Of a DNA stretch of 64,000 nt, positions 47,915 through 58,900 are shown in pieces. Origin of the DNA: Macrostomum lignano. Lineage: Eukaryota. The stretch spans positions 1-64,000 of the forward strand of contig NIVC01003065.1 of the NCBI GenBank assembly GCA_002269645.1, in the 5' to 3' direction. Under the pieces are notes generated by a model, which was not told where the DNA came from, made no database searches, and saw only the letters and a program-made list of their open reading frames with translations. Numbering within the stretch: the stretch's first letter is position 1; the number at the start of each line of letters is the position of its first letter. Both the position numbers and the translations under genes were made by a program.

Positions 47915-50900
47915 CCCGATCAAAAAAAGTTGGCTTAATTATGTCTTAAAGATGTCTTGCATAAGACAGAAAGATGTCTTCAAGACATCTTACAATTGAC
48001 TTAATTCAGTCTAAAAATTGGCTCCTTGCAACACTTGTAGACAACTTAGAGATAACTTAAAGACGTCTTCAGACATCTTCAAGACATCTTAAAATCTACT
48101 TAAAGACATCTTCCAGATGACTTGCCGAAGACGTCTTGCCCAAGATCATTTAAGAAATGCTGTTGCCATTGCAATCACAGTTGTTTAAAAGAAAAATGAC
48201 TAAAAATATTACAGCACTCTTTTGTTTCGTTTCAGGCAATATTGATATGAAAGAGAAGCTATTTAGTAGGCTTCTAAACATGGTTCAATGTAATTTATGA
48301 TTTATGATTTATATTTTCATTTTATAAAAGGCACAGTTTAAAAGTCACAGAAGCAATAAAATGGTGAATCAAAAACAAGTTAAAATACACTAAATAAAAA
48401 TGCAAAAATACTCAAGTGCAAGTGTATAATTTTATAATGCATCATACCCTGTCATTGCATGGAAATACTTGGTTAATGCAATAAAAGTTGCTCATTGCTT
48501 GGTGGAAAACTTGCTGTAAATTGATCCTTTGCTAGCCAGAATTGTTTAGTAGTTTAGAATTGGCTCAATCCAGGAAGATTCAAGATCCAGGTTAGCTTCC
48601 ACTATGATGGATAGCATGTGTTGATAAGGCTGAAAAGGATAAGTTTAATAAAAGTTATAGTTTATAGGTTGTTAGGCTGAAATAATTTGAAATTCATAAG
48701 TAAAAAAACAATAAATAATAAATAATAGATTATTATACTAATATACTTTAAAAATCTAATAAATAAATTGCCTAGGCCCCTACTATATATTCACACAAGT
48801 GTATTATACAATAACTTTGCCTTAGGCTTAAATACATAGGCTAAAGCTTAGGGCCTAGGGGGCGACCGGGACGGCCAAAGTCGGGCCCGGGTCGGGCCCG
48901 GGAATGAGGACTCGGGCCCGGGTCGGGCCTCGGGAATTCGGGACAAGATCTTTAGGACAGCTCAATAATTGGAAAAAAATCATAATAAATCTTAATACTT
49001 TTAGCATATGCGGATTACTATTAAATATATAATAAATATATCAATATATTAAATTTAATATAATATATTAAATGTATAATAAATATATGATAAACATTAA
49101 ATATATTATAATAGGCCTATATAAATATATTAAATATATAATAATATATAAATATAATAAATATAATATATTATATTAAATATAATAAATATTTAAATTT
49201 AAATATAATAAATATACAATAAATATTATTATTATTTAATACATTAGTTAAGACTTCAGAATAAGATAAGAGTTACATTAAAAGACTTAATACTCAAATA
49301 TCAATATACTCAATAGTTCAAATTCAATGTCACTGTGTGAGTGTGTGGCACAAGTACTGTGTGTGTGCCAGTGACAGTGATACTAACAAGCAGTGAGGTA
49401 GGCAAGCAGTCACTGCGGCAGTGCGGCTGGCACTGGCAGTGGCAGTAAGCAAAAGAAGAAAAGCTGAAGCATTAAGTATAAGGCACTTGGCATAGGAAGC
49501 AGTAAGGAAGTAAGAACCAAATCAATTGATTGATTCTTTTATTTGAATTTTTAGATCCTTTACATAGCTTCAATGTAAAGAGCCATGTACACAGTCAGTA
49601 TTCAGTAAGACAACAAGACAAGATAACAGAACAGAACACAAGTGAAGTGACAACACAACACAACACTCAACTGTCTCAACAGAACAGGCAAACAGACAAT
49701 GGAAATACAAGTAATTAGCTGATACCTGCCTACCTGCTCACCTACCTACTTAAACGAATATGATTACGAATACGATACTACAAGTCTACGACTACGACTA
49801 CCTACGATACAAATATGAACACGATTACAAACTCTAATAGATAGCAAACTTCTTGGAAAAATGGTAGCCTTCTTGGAATGTAAATAGGAAATGTTATTTA
49901 CAAAAGCTTAAAAATGACAAATAAACTTTTTAAAGAATCATATTTTTGCTTTTAGGCTGCAGCCTGCAGCGTGTAAAGTGGAATCAATATTGCAAAAAAG
50001 TATTGCAAAACTATGTTTTAATTTTATCTTCCTGGAAAAAAATCCGATCTTCCTGGAAAGTGGAAACTGGCTGTGGCTGACGCTCACGGTCACAGACGCT
50101 CACGCTAAGAGCCTACTACGAATCAATGATATTGCTACTTCACATCATATCATCTAAATATACTAAATCTATTACTATTACTGATGCGATGCTTAACTGA
50201 GTGTTGTGCTGTCCTGATCCTGAGTCCTGAGTCCTGACCACTGACCTGACATGACGGATGACGATGAAATGATTATTGATTAGAGTACACTACACTACAC
50301 TGTATAATTCTAACGAAAGTGACAGTAATAATTACTCGATACTTATAGCACTAGCCTAGCAGTGATTTTTAGCACTCCGTCTGTAGTCCGTCACTTACGG
50401 AGTCACGATCACGACTCACGAGTCACTACACAATCACGAGTCACCGTCACGGTCAAAACAAAACTCGCGAATCACGAATCAGTCACAAGTCACGACTCAC
50501 GCCTCAGACACGACACGACTCCACTCCACGAGCCCAGAAAGTTCAAAGTCCAGTCCAGTCCACCCTCGGGCCTCGGCCTCCACTCAACTTCTCTTCTCCA
50601 CTCCAGGAGTCCAGACGAAACGAAAGTGATAAAAAAGGAAAAAGTCAAAACTCAGAAGTCAGTAATCTTTTACGATGTCAATTTCAATAAATCGGTATCA
50701 GATATGATATCACTATCAGTCTATCAGTATTACATATATATATATATACATATATCTATATTGTATGTATATTGTATGATATGTATCATCAATTTTGAAC
50801 AGTATGTAATTTTATTGTCGTACATGTATACTCGAAAATTCGAATCTGACTGTTTAGTTAAGTGAGTGGGTTACTTGACTCAAGCTCGAGTGGGAGTCAG

Positions 50901-53289
50901 GACTCAGGACAGGAGTCCAGCTGTCCAAGACTCAGGACGGTGACGGAACGGGAACGGGAGTCGGCATCGGCACTCGGACTTGGCAGCCTGGACCTGGACT
51001 GGACATCGGGAATCGGGATGGGAGCAGCACCAGACATCACCGAACTTCACGGACAGCCGGGGCAGGGCAGACAGGCTTGAGCTTGACTGACACCAGTCAC
51101 CAGTGACAGTGAGTGACCGACAGCTTCATAGAATCACAGACCGCTCACAGTCAGGTCAGGTGAGGTCGAGGTGAGGTCAGTGACCGACCAGAGACAGAGA
51201 TGCCTCATGCAGTCATGCCTTGCAGTTGCAGTTGCATTTTCCTGGGGCTGGAATTAAGGGTAAATTAGTGTGAATGTGTTGAAAAATATTTTTTTCTTAT
51301 TCGCACGCGGTTAGTGCCTTTAGGGAAAAAAGACTTGTCCCGATTTCCCGACTTTTTTAGGTTCGGGCCCGGGCCCGGGTCGGGCCACGATTTTGGTCGG
51401 GATTCCCGACTTTTCGGGCCCGGGCCCGGGACTGGGTCGCCCCCTATTAGGGCCTAATCTCAAAGCAAAATAAAAAGATTAGAATATCAATTTTATATAA
51501 AACTTCTAGGCATACCAACTCTATTTATTCTCTATTAGGCCTAATCCAATTTTTGAATGTGATATAGGCCTAATAATAAATTATAAGGCTATATCTATTT
51601 CTTATTTAAATTTTCATTGGCCTAGCCAAGAAAAAAGCACGAATGACTAGGCCTAATATTCAAAATATTGATATATTGAAAACATCATATATATGCCATT
51701 AGCCAATAATAAAGGCAAAGAGGAAGCAACATATAAAGGCCTATAGGCCAAGGTTTTCTTTTTTGCCAAAGACAAGGTGCAAAAGTGCACTCTATACTCA
51801 TTTTTATAGTGCAATTTTAAGGCTCAAAGTGCAATTTCTTATTTTTCTTATTTTAGGGCAATGCAAATGAGGCTTCAAGTTTAACATAAAAACAGGTTAT
51901 AAGACTGTCCCTAAATTGCAATTTTCAATTTCTGGGTGCAATTTTAAATTAAAAGTAACTCTGCATATAAAAAATAAACCTAGCTATAGGCTCATGGAAA
52001 TTATTTATTACTTTTGACATAAAAATCAAAGCAAAAACTATTTAGGCCTAAGGAAGAAGCTAGGGCCTATCTACAGCTAAGAGGCCTACAATAGAACAAA
52101 ATAGCCTAATAAGCCAATTCAACAACTATAAAACTTTGACTTTAAAAAGCCAGAAGTAAATAAAACATATATTTTTAGTTTTAGGCCTAGTACATGGGCC
52201 TCTAGTTAATGCCTGAATCTTTTAAGGCCTAACTTAAAATGTAAACATGACTATGCATTAGTTAACTAGTGCTTACTAGTGCTAGGCATAGCAATATATA
52301 TGCAGTAGGCCTAACTAAAAAAACATTGCATCCAAGGTCCAATTTAAAATTGTAATTTTTAGGTCAGGATGTTACATAGCATTCCTATTGCCTATTGCAT
52401 AAAAACATTTCTGGCCAATCTGGTTTTTTTGCTGGCACCTGGCACTAGAATATGAAATACAATCCTAGAAGCTATCCAAGGAAGAATTAGTAAAAAATAC
52501 TACTAGGAATTGGTCTAATTTGAGGATAGTAGATGTATCATCACGAATAGTAATACACTATCGCATTAAGTAAAGATAAATCTAGGGTAGGGCTTACACC
52601 AGAAATCTATATAGGCTATAGCAGCCAATGAAAAATTGAAACTTATCACAAAAGATAGAAGCAAGTGTTCGACAATTAGGCGGCCTTCACGGTCACAAGG
52701 TTGTCTTTTAGTCCTTTTTAAAAATGTCGTTCCGCCATATTGATTTTAGCTGTTTTTAACAAAAGCATAACCGATATATATTGCAACTTTGTCTTTTTTA
52801 ATGCTTAGCTGTTTAGAATTTTGTAAATATATTTGTTCCAATCAAAACTGTTGTAGTTAAACTTTGTCTCAAAGTTTGTAACGACTCGATACAAAAATTG
52901 CACATAATTGCACTTCAAAAGCGTAAACGATTTTTAATAAAAGGCACACCTTCCACAGACTACAATACAACAAAATTTTTAGATAAATGTCACAATAGTT
53001 GCTTGTTTTATTTTTTATTGATTTTAACGATCTGGATAAATTTGTATCTGAAACTTCCTACTTACAGTAGAAACAGTTGTTTATGTAAATTTTTAGTCTT
53101 TAAGGTGATGTCTTAAAGATGTCTTCAACAAGACATCTCATAAAAGTCAATTTCAAGTCATCTTCAAGACAACTTTATCAGGATAGCTTGTGGAAGCAAA
53201 GTTGAAGATATCTTGAAATTGTCTTGAGGTGTCTTTAGCCATCTTAAGACAATTCTAAGACGTCTTAAGACAACTTCTTTTTGATCGGG
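47915..53289. mobile_element. Non-autonomous CMC/EnSpm-like DNA element (5.4 kb including a nested hAT), CCC..GGG ends, TA flanks
   Basis: TA|CCCGATCAAAAA ... TTTTTGATCGGG|TA, with dense AAGACATCTT/AAGATGTCTT/AAGACGTCTT subterminal repeats at 47940-48140 and 53108-53275. The superfamily assignment is an inference. Confidence 0.75.
48856..51445. mobile_element. 2.6-kb non-autonomous hAT element with an 8-bp TSD (TTAGGGCC)
   Basis: TIR TAGGGGGCGACC / GGTCGCCCCTA; TTAGGGCC at 48848-48855 and 51446-51453; TCGGGCCCGGG subterminal repeats at both ends; no transposase ORF. Confidence 0.9.
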
Positions 53290-53499
53290 TACAAATTGAA
53301 TGTTCAAATACTAGTAGGATTTTTCGGAAACAGAATCGAATTAAGCAAACTAAACGTTTCACCTTTCACGTTTTCACCTGCGCACAAAAAATTGCAATTA
53401 AAACTTGACTTCACTTTCTTACCTTCAATTTTAATCAAAGTTAGGTTCCAATAAACTAACTATAGCCGAAATTCAATTCAGACTATACAGTCTGGGCCA

Positions 53500-53725
53500 A
53501 CGCTTGCGGAAAGTCATTAAAAACAAACGCCAATTCAAAACAGAAGAAGCCTTTTGTCTATGGCCCTTTACAACCCTTTACAACTTTGTACTCTGCCCTT
53601 ATCTTTCTTTGATGTACTTCGTGCTGGCACCGAAGCCAGGTTCAGCCATAGACAAGAAGCCATATTTAAATTGAAAAGGCTCGGCTTTAAATTAGCATCT
53701 GTTGTTATTGATTTTCCGCAAGCGT
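53500..53725. mobile_element. Degenerate ~225-bp MITE
   Basis: CGCTTGCGGAAAGTCATTAAAAAC mirrors GTTGTTATTGATTTTCCGCAAGCG; inner pair TTTTGTCTATGGC / GCCATAGACAAGA. Confidence 0.55.
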
Positions 53726-54003
53726 CGCCCCAACGGAGCGGCCTTTTGAATTCTTCAGTTTCATGATTTTGGAAATACAGTTGGCGAGCTACTAAAAATA
53801 GAATGGCAAATAAGCTTTTGTTCGATCTTTTCATGCATGCTAAAAGAAATATAACGTGTAACGAATTGGGCGATTTATTTAATCCTTGCAACTGCAATTA
53901 GGCATATTACTTCACAACCAAAACTGTGCTAACTGAATATAAACTGTTCTACAGGTGAACAAAAAAGCACAAACTGCCTTGCCCTTTCATGTCGATGGTA
54001 ATC

Positions 54004-55125
54004 CTACAGTCTGCATGTAAGAGTCGGTAAAATCCTGGAAATTGTCATGGAGTTATCCATTAACATCTTGTGAGTGTAGCTCAGGTGCATGAACTTGTGA
54101 ACTGTGAAAGAACTGTTCGGTATTTTCTTTGTCTCAAAGTTGGTAGCATTGAGCCGTTTGCAGTGCTGCTGCTTCATCTTGGGAAGACTCCCCAGATTCT
54201 TTGCCCGGCAAAGTTTCTTCAGCCTTTTTGGAATCCATGCCACATCCCAGAGGGGCTGGAAGGCGTCTGCCTCGGCCAGCATGTTGCCGCACCAGTCCAC
54301 AGGTCGGTCGCTCTGCTCCAGTGCCGTGTAATTCTTGTAGAATGTGTGCAGCATTCTGGGTCCCGTGACGTACACCGCATCGCGATGACCTCTCTTGGTC
54401 TTGTTGGCCCAATTCTGCTCAAACCATGTCGGCCAGGTCTTCAGCACGAAGCTCAGGAAGCTGTGATTCGCTCGGCTCATCATCACCGCATTCGAAATCA
54501 GTGCCGGAAGATTGAACGTGAAGACTGCGTGCTCAGTAGGCTCCTGACTCCACACTGCTGACTCACAGTCGAAATTCGAAGTCAGCCCCGCTCCCTGAAG
54601 CTGCGACGGTCTCAGCAGCGGTGTCGGATCTTGAAGCAGCTCCACATCCGTGTCGACGTACAGACCGCCGACGTGGTGCAGCACGACCAGACGGCCGATG
54701 TCCGATCGCTCCAGCCCGTTGACCAGCTTGCGGTAGCTTTGAACAAGGTACGGATAGTGCTTCGATATGAGCTCGGAGATCTGCTTGTCGTCCCAGTGCA
54801 TGAAGTGCCAGGCCTGGATTCGGCTACCGTTACTCAGCCGTGCCCAGGAGCGCACAATGGGAACCAGCTTGGCTGGCACTCGGCCGTCTTTGCTGGTCCA
54901 GTGCACCAGCGCCGGGATGGAGTCCGGGAACTGGGAGGGCAGCTCGCCGCAAGGCAGCCCGTCGTGCAACGGTAGAGACGTCGGCGTACGTGCAGCAACC
55001 TCCTGTGCTTTACGTTTATAGGTACGAGTCGTTTGCGCAATGAAATACGCTGTTCTAACTGACACGAATGTCAGGACAATTAAAATTAGCAGACGCTTTT
55101 GCTTCCATGTTATAATGTCGAGCAT
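54004..55125 (-). CDS. Glycosyltransferase family 32 (DXD, OCH1/SUR1-like), type II membrane protein, 373 aa, intronless
   Basis: N-terminal TM LLILIVLTFVSVRTAYFIA; IPALVHWT, SW...W..MHWDD, ERSDIGRLVVLHHVGGLYVDTDV, ISNAVMMS..NHSF, TGPRML. Confidence 0.92.
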   Translation of the reverse strand: MLDIITWKQKRLLILIVLTFVSVRTAYFIAQTTRTYKRKAQEVAARTPTSLPLHDGLPCGELPSQFPDSIPALVHWTSKDGRVPAKLVPIVRSWARLSNGSRIQAWHFMHWDDKQISELISKHYPYLVQSYRKLVNGLERSDIGRLVVLHHVGGLYVDTDVELLQDPTPLLRPSQLQGAGLTSNFDCESAVWSQEPTEHAVFTFNLPALISNAVMMSRANHSFLSFVLKTWPTWFEQNWANKTKRGHRDAVYVTGPRMLHTFYKNYTALEQSDRPVDWCGNMLAEADAFQPLWDVAWIPKRLKKLCRAKNLGSLPKMKQQHCKRLNATNFETKKIPNSSFTVHKFMHLSYTHKMLMDNSMTISRILPTLTCRL

Positions 55126-55957
55126 GACGCATGTGACAAATTCTGCATTTGTGCTCAGTGAGGGAACCTAATTAATCTTTTCTACATCAGACGCAGAAGA
55201 CGCCTGAGACAAATCATTCACGGGCCTTACGTAGTACACGCGGTCATGCCTGTTAAGCATAATGGACCAATTGTACAGGTTTGTGCCGCCAGTGCAAACA
55301 GGCTTTAGTCAGCCAGCCCAGCTTGTGTTTGGGGGTGGTCGCTCTGGGTTCTGCTTACAATCCCACGGAGTATCAGTTGGGGTGGCTTTTCGTCCGCGCT
55401 CACGCTCGCCCGGACTAATATGCTCGTAGCATAAAGCCACTCTGTCAGTGCTGTAATCTGCAGATTGACAGTCAATACACCCATAACAAACATATACGAG
55501 CTAGTTTATAACGCACAGAAAATAAATTCATAACTTCATTTCTTAATATTGTATTTTCATTCCATTCGCAAATATGATAAGAGTATGAAAGATATTGTAG
55601 CAAACAGCTAGACATAAAGATGACAGCTCACAAGGAAAAACTGCACAAGATTTACCAGTAATTTTCTACGCGATTCGAGCAAAAATGAAACGCAATTTAA
55701 TCTTTTCGAAAATTGAATTGAATCAAAAATTACAATATTTTAAACGGTTCCCATACGGACAGAGGGGCAACAGGCACACAAAACATAAGTAGTATAGAGC
55801 GAGTATCTATTTGAAAAAAAATAAATCAGAGAAAATTATTGTTACAGTTGAACATTATTACAAAAATAACTGTTTTCACAGATCTGATACAAACAAAAAA
55901 TATTTCAATTTATACAAGTAAATTGGTAGGAGAAAACAAGTGGAGACTTTGAAAAGG

Positions 55958-58900
55958 TTAATCAAACGGATAGGCTGTCGACGATACAGTCCATGTAACG
56001 CTAGAACTACCGATTGCGCTACTTGTAGTACTATCAGTAGTAGTAGAAGCAGTAGTTGTCGGCTGTATAGTTGTAGCCGGTACAAGGGTTGTGGGCACCA
56101 CTGTGTTGGAACAGTTCACAATCTGTACAGCCGAGATTGTGGCCTCCTCCTTGTGGTCCAGCATGTAGCTGGAGGTTACGGCGAAGTTGAATCGCAGGTA
56201 GACCAAATTCTCGTCCGTGGGTAGGGAGCAGAACCGGCTGGGTGAATGGGGAAGCATGGGATTGGGACTTCTGCTCAATTGGTGCTCTTCATCATAAGTC
56301 AAAAATAGTCTTAAGGGTGAGATTCTCAATAAAGATAAATATCGTATCAAGGTGAGATTTTTTAATCTGAGTAAGTCTCAAGGGTGAGATTCGCAATGAA
56401 GATAAACACAATCTCAAGGGTGAGATTCTCAATGAAGATAAACATAATCTCAAGGGTGAGATTCTCAATGTAGATGAACAATCTCAAGGATGAGATTCTC
56501 AATGAAAATTAACATAATCTCAAAGATGAGATTCTCAGTGAAGATAAGCACAATCTTAAAGGTAAGATTCTCAATGAAGATAAACACAATCTCAGGGGTG
56601 AGCTTCTCAATGATGATTAACATAATCTTAAAAGATTCTCAATGAAGATAATCACAATCTCAAGAATGAGATTCTGAATGAAAATTAACATAATCTCAAA
56701 GGTGAGATTCTCAGTGAAGATAAACACAATGTCAGGGGTGAGATTCTCAATAAAGATAATCATAATCTTAAGGGTGAGATTCTCAATGAAGATAAACGTA
56801 ATTTCAAGGGTGAGATTCGCAATGAAGATAAACATAATCTCAAGGGTGAGATTCTCAATAAAGATAAACATAATCTCAAAGGTGAGATTCTCAATGAAGA
56901 TAAACATAATCCCAAGGGTGAGATTCTCAATGTAGATGAACAATCTCAAGGGTGAGATTCTCAATGAAGATAAACACAATCTCAAGGGTGAGATTCTCAG
57001 TGAAGATAAGCACAATCTCAAGGTGAGATTCTCCCTACACACAAGACTCACACAAGAGACTCGGTGCTGTCAGTGGCAACCCTACAGACCAGCCGAGACG
57101 AAAGCAGGTGCAACGATCTCGGCCCAACGCTGGTTGTCAGAGTGTCATTGGCGGTCTCGCACAGGCTGGTGTCTCCGTAGGCAATGGACATTTCAATTTT
57201 GGTAACCGTGATAGAAAAATAATTATCGTTAGTTAAATTAACATGATTTTGTATGTCCATTGTCATTACTCGCTCTCTGTGGCTAAAGTACACAGCATAC
57301 GGTTGTAACAGAGGCTTAGTGGAAGTTAGAACAATTGATCTCGGCAATAGAAAGAACAATGAGCAGAAGGTGCCAATGAGCAGCAGCAGGCAGATGCTCA
57401 CAGTGACACCAATCCATAGTACAGTGCGTCTAGGTTTCAGCCGCTTGTCAGACAGTGGGATCAGGGCGACGTACTCGCGTTCTGAGTCTGGGTTGAATGT
57501 AGTACAAGTAAACAAACTTTTACAGTAAATGAACATATCAAGTATGTAAAATGCAAAATATTGAAAAAGGAAAACATGCAAATAAAGATTAATATTATTC
57601 TTTAAAATTAACTTAGTGTTTATAATTTCTGATCAGGTTTCTTTTATCTAGACTACTTATAGTAAGTAGTTTTGCGGATTATATGAGTATTTTAAAGTTA
57701 TAAAATAAGAATATAGGTGAATAATAATATTAGTATTAAAAATTCAAACATTAATTCTTACCTGTTAGTGATGTGAAATTCATTGAATATGCCTTCTAAT
57801 ATTGATTGACTCTTAACATTTTTTAAATTACTGGATGGGAAATCCTTGTTTTTTCTTCCCATTATACTTAGCTTGTACGAGTATATAAAACAGATATAAA
57901 TAAAGCTAAATAAAAATTATCACTTTTTTTAGCATATAAATTTCTTTATTTCTCCTTCATCTTTATTTATTGGAAATAGGATTAGCATAAAGGTTAAATA
58001 ATGCTAGACAGTTCCTTAAAGAAAAATGGGATTCAACAAGTTATCTAAATATACTATACTTATCTAATAATTAATATAGATATATTTATTAACTATCTAA
58101 AGCAACCACAATAAAAAGAGCACTGTGAACTTAAGAGACTAAATGGAGCCCAAAATATTTGGTCCCAATTTCTCCATGCCAATCCCTACATTTGGAGCCA
58201 AATAGCTCCTGTTATGCCTAAAACTGACCACTTTAGAATTCGGGGATCTCTGTGGGGAGAAATGGGGATTTCATGTGAACTTAAGACTTTAGAATGGAGT
58301 CTGAAGCATTGGGTCCCAGTTTCTCTATGCCAATCCTTTCATTTGGAGCTTCAAATGCTTAAATAACGAAATGACCATGATAAATGCTCTTTTTATATGT
58401 TTGTATGAAGGAATGAATTGCGCGACTTCGTGAACGCACCCGCGTCACCGCTGCCTGCTAGTTTTGCGCTCCCACTGGACACGCCGCTCCCAGATGAGGA
58501 GGACTTCTGCACCAGACCAGTCACCACGGAGGACGTTGTGCTTTTCGCTCGGAAAGCATCAGGCGGCAAGGCGCTCGGCCCCGACGAAGTTCCGGTCGAA
58601 GTGCTGCGGCTCCCCTGTGTGGCCTCCCAGGTCACAGGCGTCATGAACCGCGTGCTCGCCGGCGCTCCTGCGCGGCCTGCGCCCACCGAGTGGACCGTCG
58701 CACACATCGTGCTGATCCCGAAGAAGGCAGGGACAACGCGGAAAGAAGACCACCGCGGGATCTCGCTGATGTCCTGTACGGCAAAGCTCTTCAACCGGCT
58801 GCTGCTCGATCGCCTGCAGTCGGTGCTGGACCCATACCTGCGGTACGAGCAGAACGGATTCCGGCCGCAACGCGGTACAGTGACACAGATCCTCGCACTC

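Noticed and set aside
54070-55043. Plus-strand ORFs opposite the glycosyltransferase, and alternative-frame ORFs over 45762-46675 and 58393-59714
   Set aside because: They are shadow ORFs of GC-rich coding sequence with no independent motifs.
55305-55493. Extra TMEM106 terminal exon
   Set aside because: No convincing donor before the stop at 55958, and the translation has no family similarity.
56312-57032. 36-bp palindromic repeat resembling a CRISPR direct repeat
   Set aside because: The units are contiguous with no unique spacers, there are no cas genes, and it lies in a eukaryotic intron. It is a minisatellite.
57762-57862. Short ATG exon (MGRKNKDF...) with an AG|GTAAG donor as TMEM106 exon 1
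   Set aside because: It is out of frame with the good acceptor at 57488 and needs a weak AAAAG acceptor. The exon at 63562-63448 supplies the conserved CxxCxGxG motif. A minor alternative start cannot be fully excluded.
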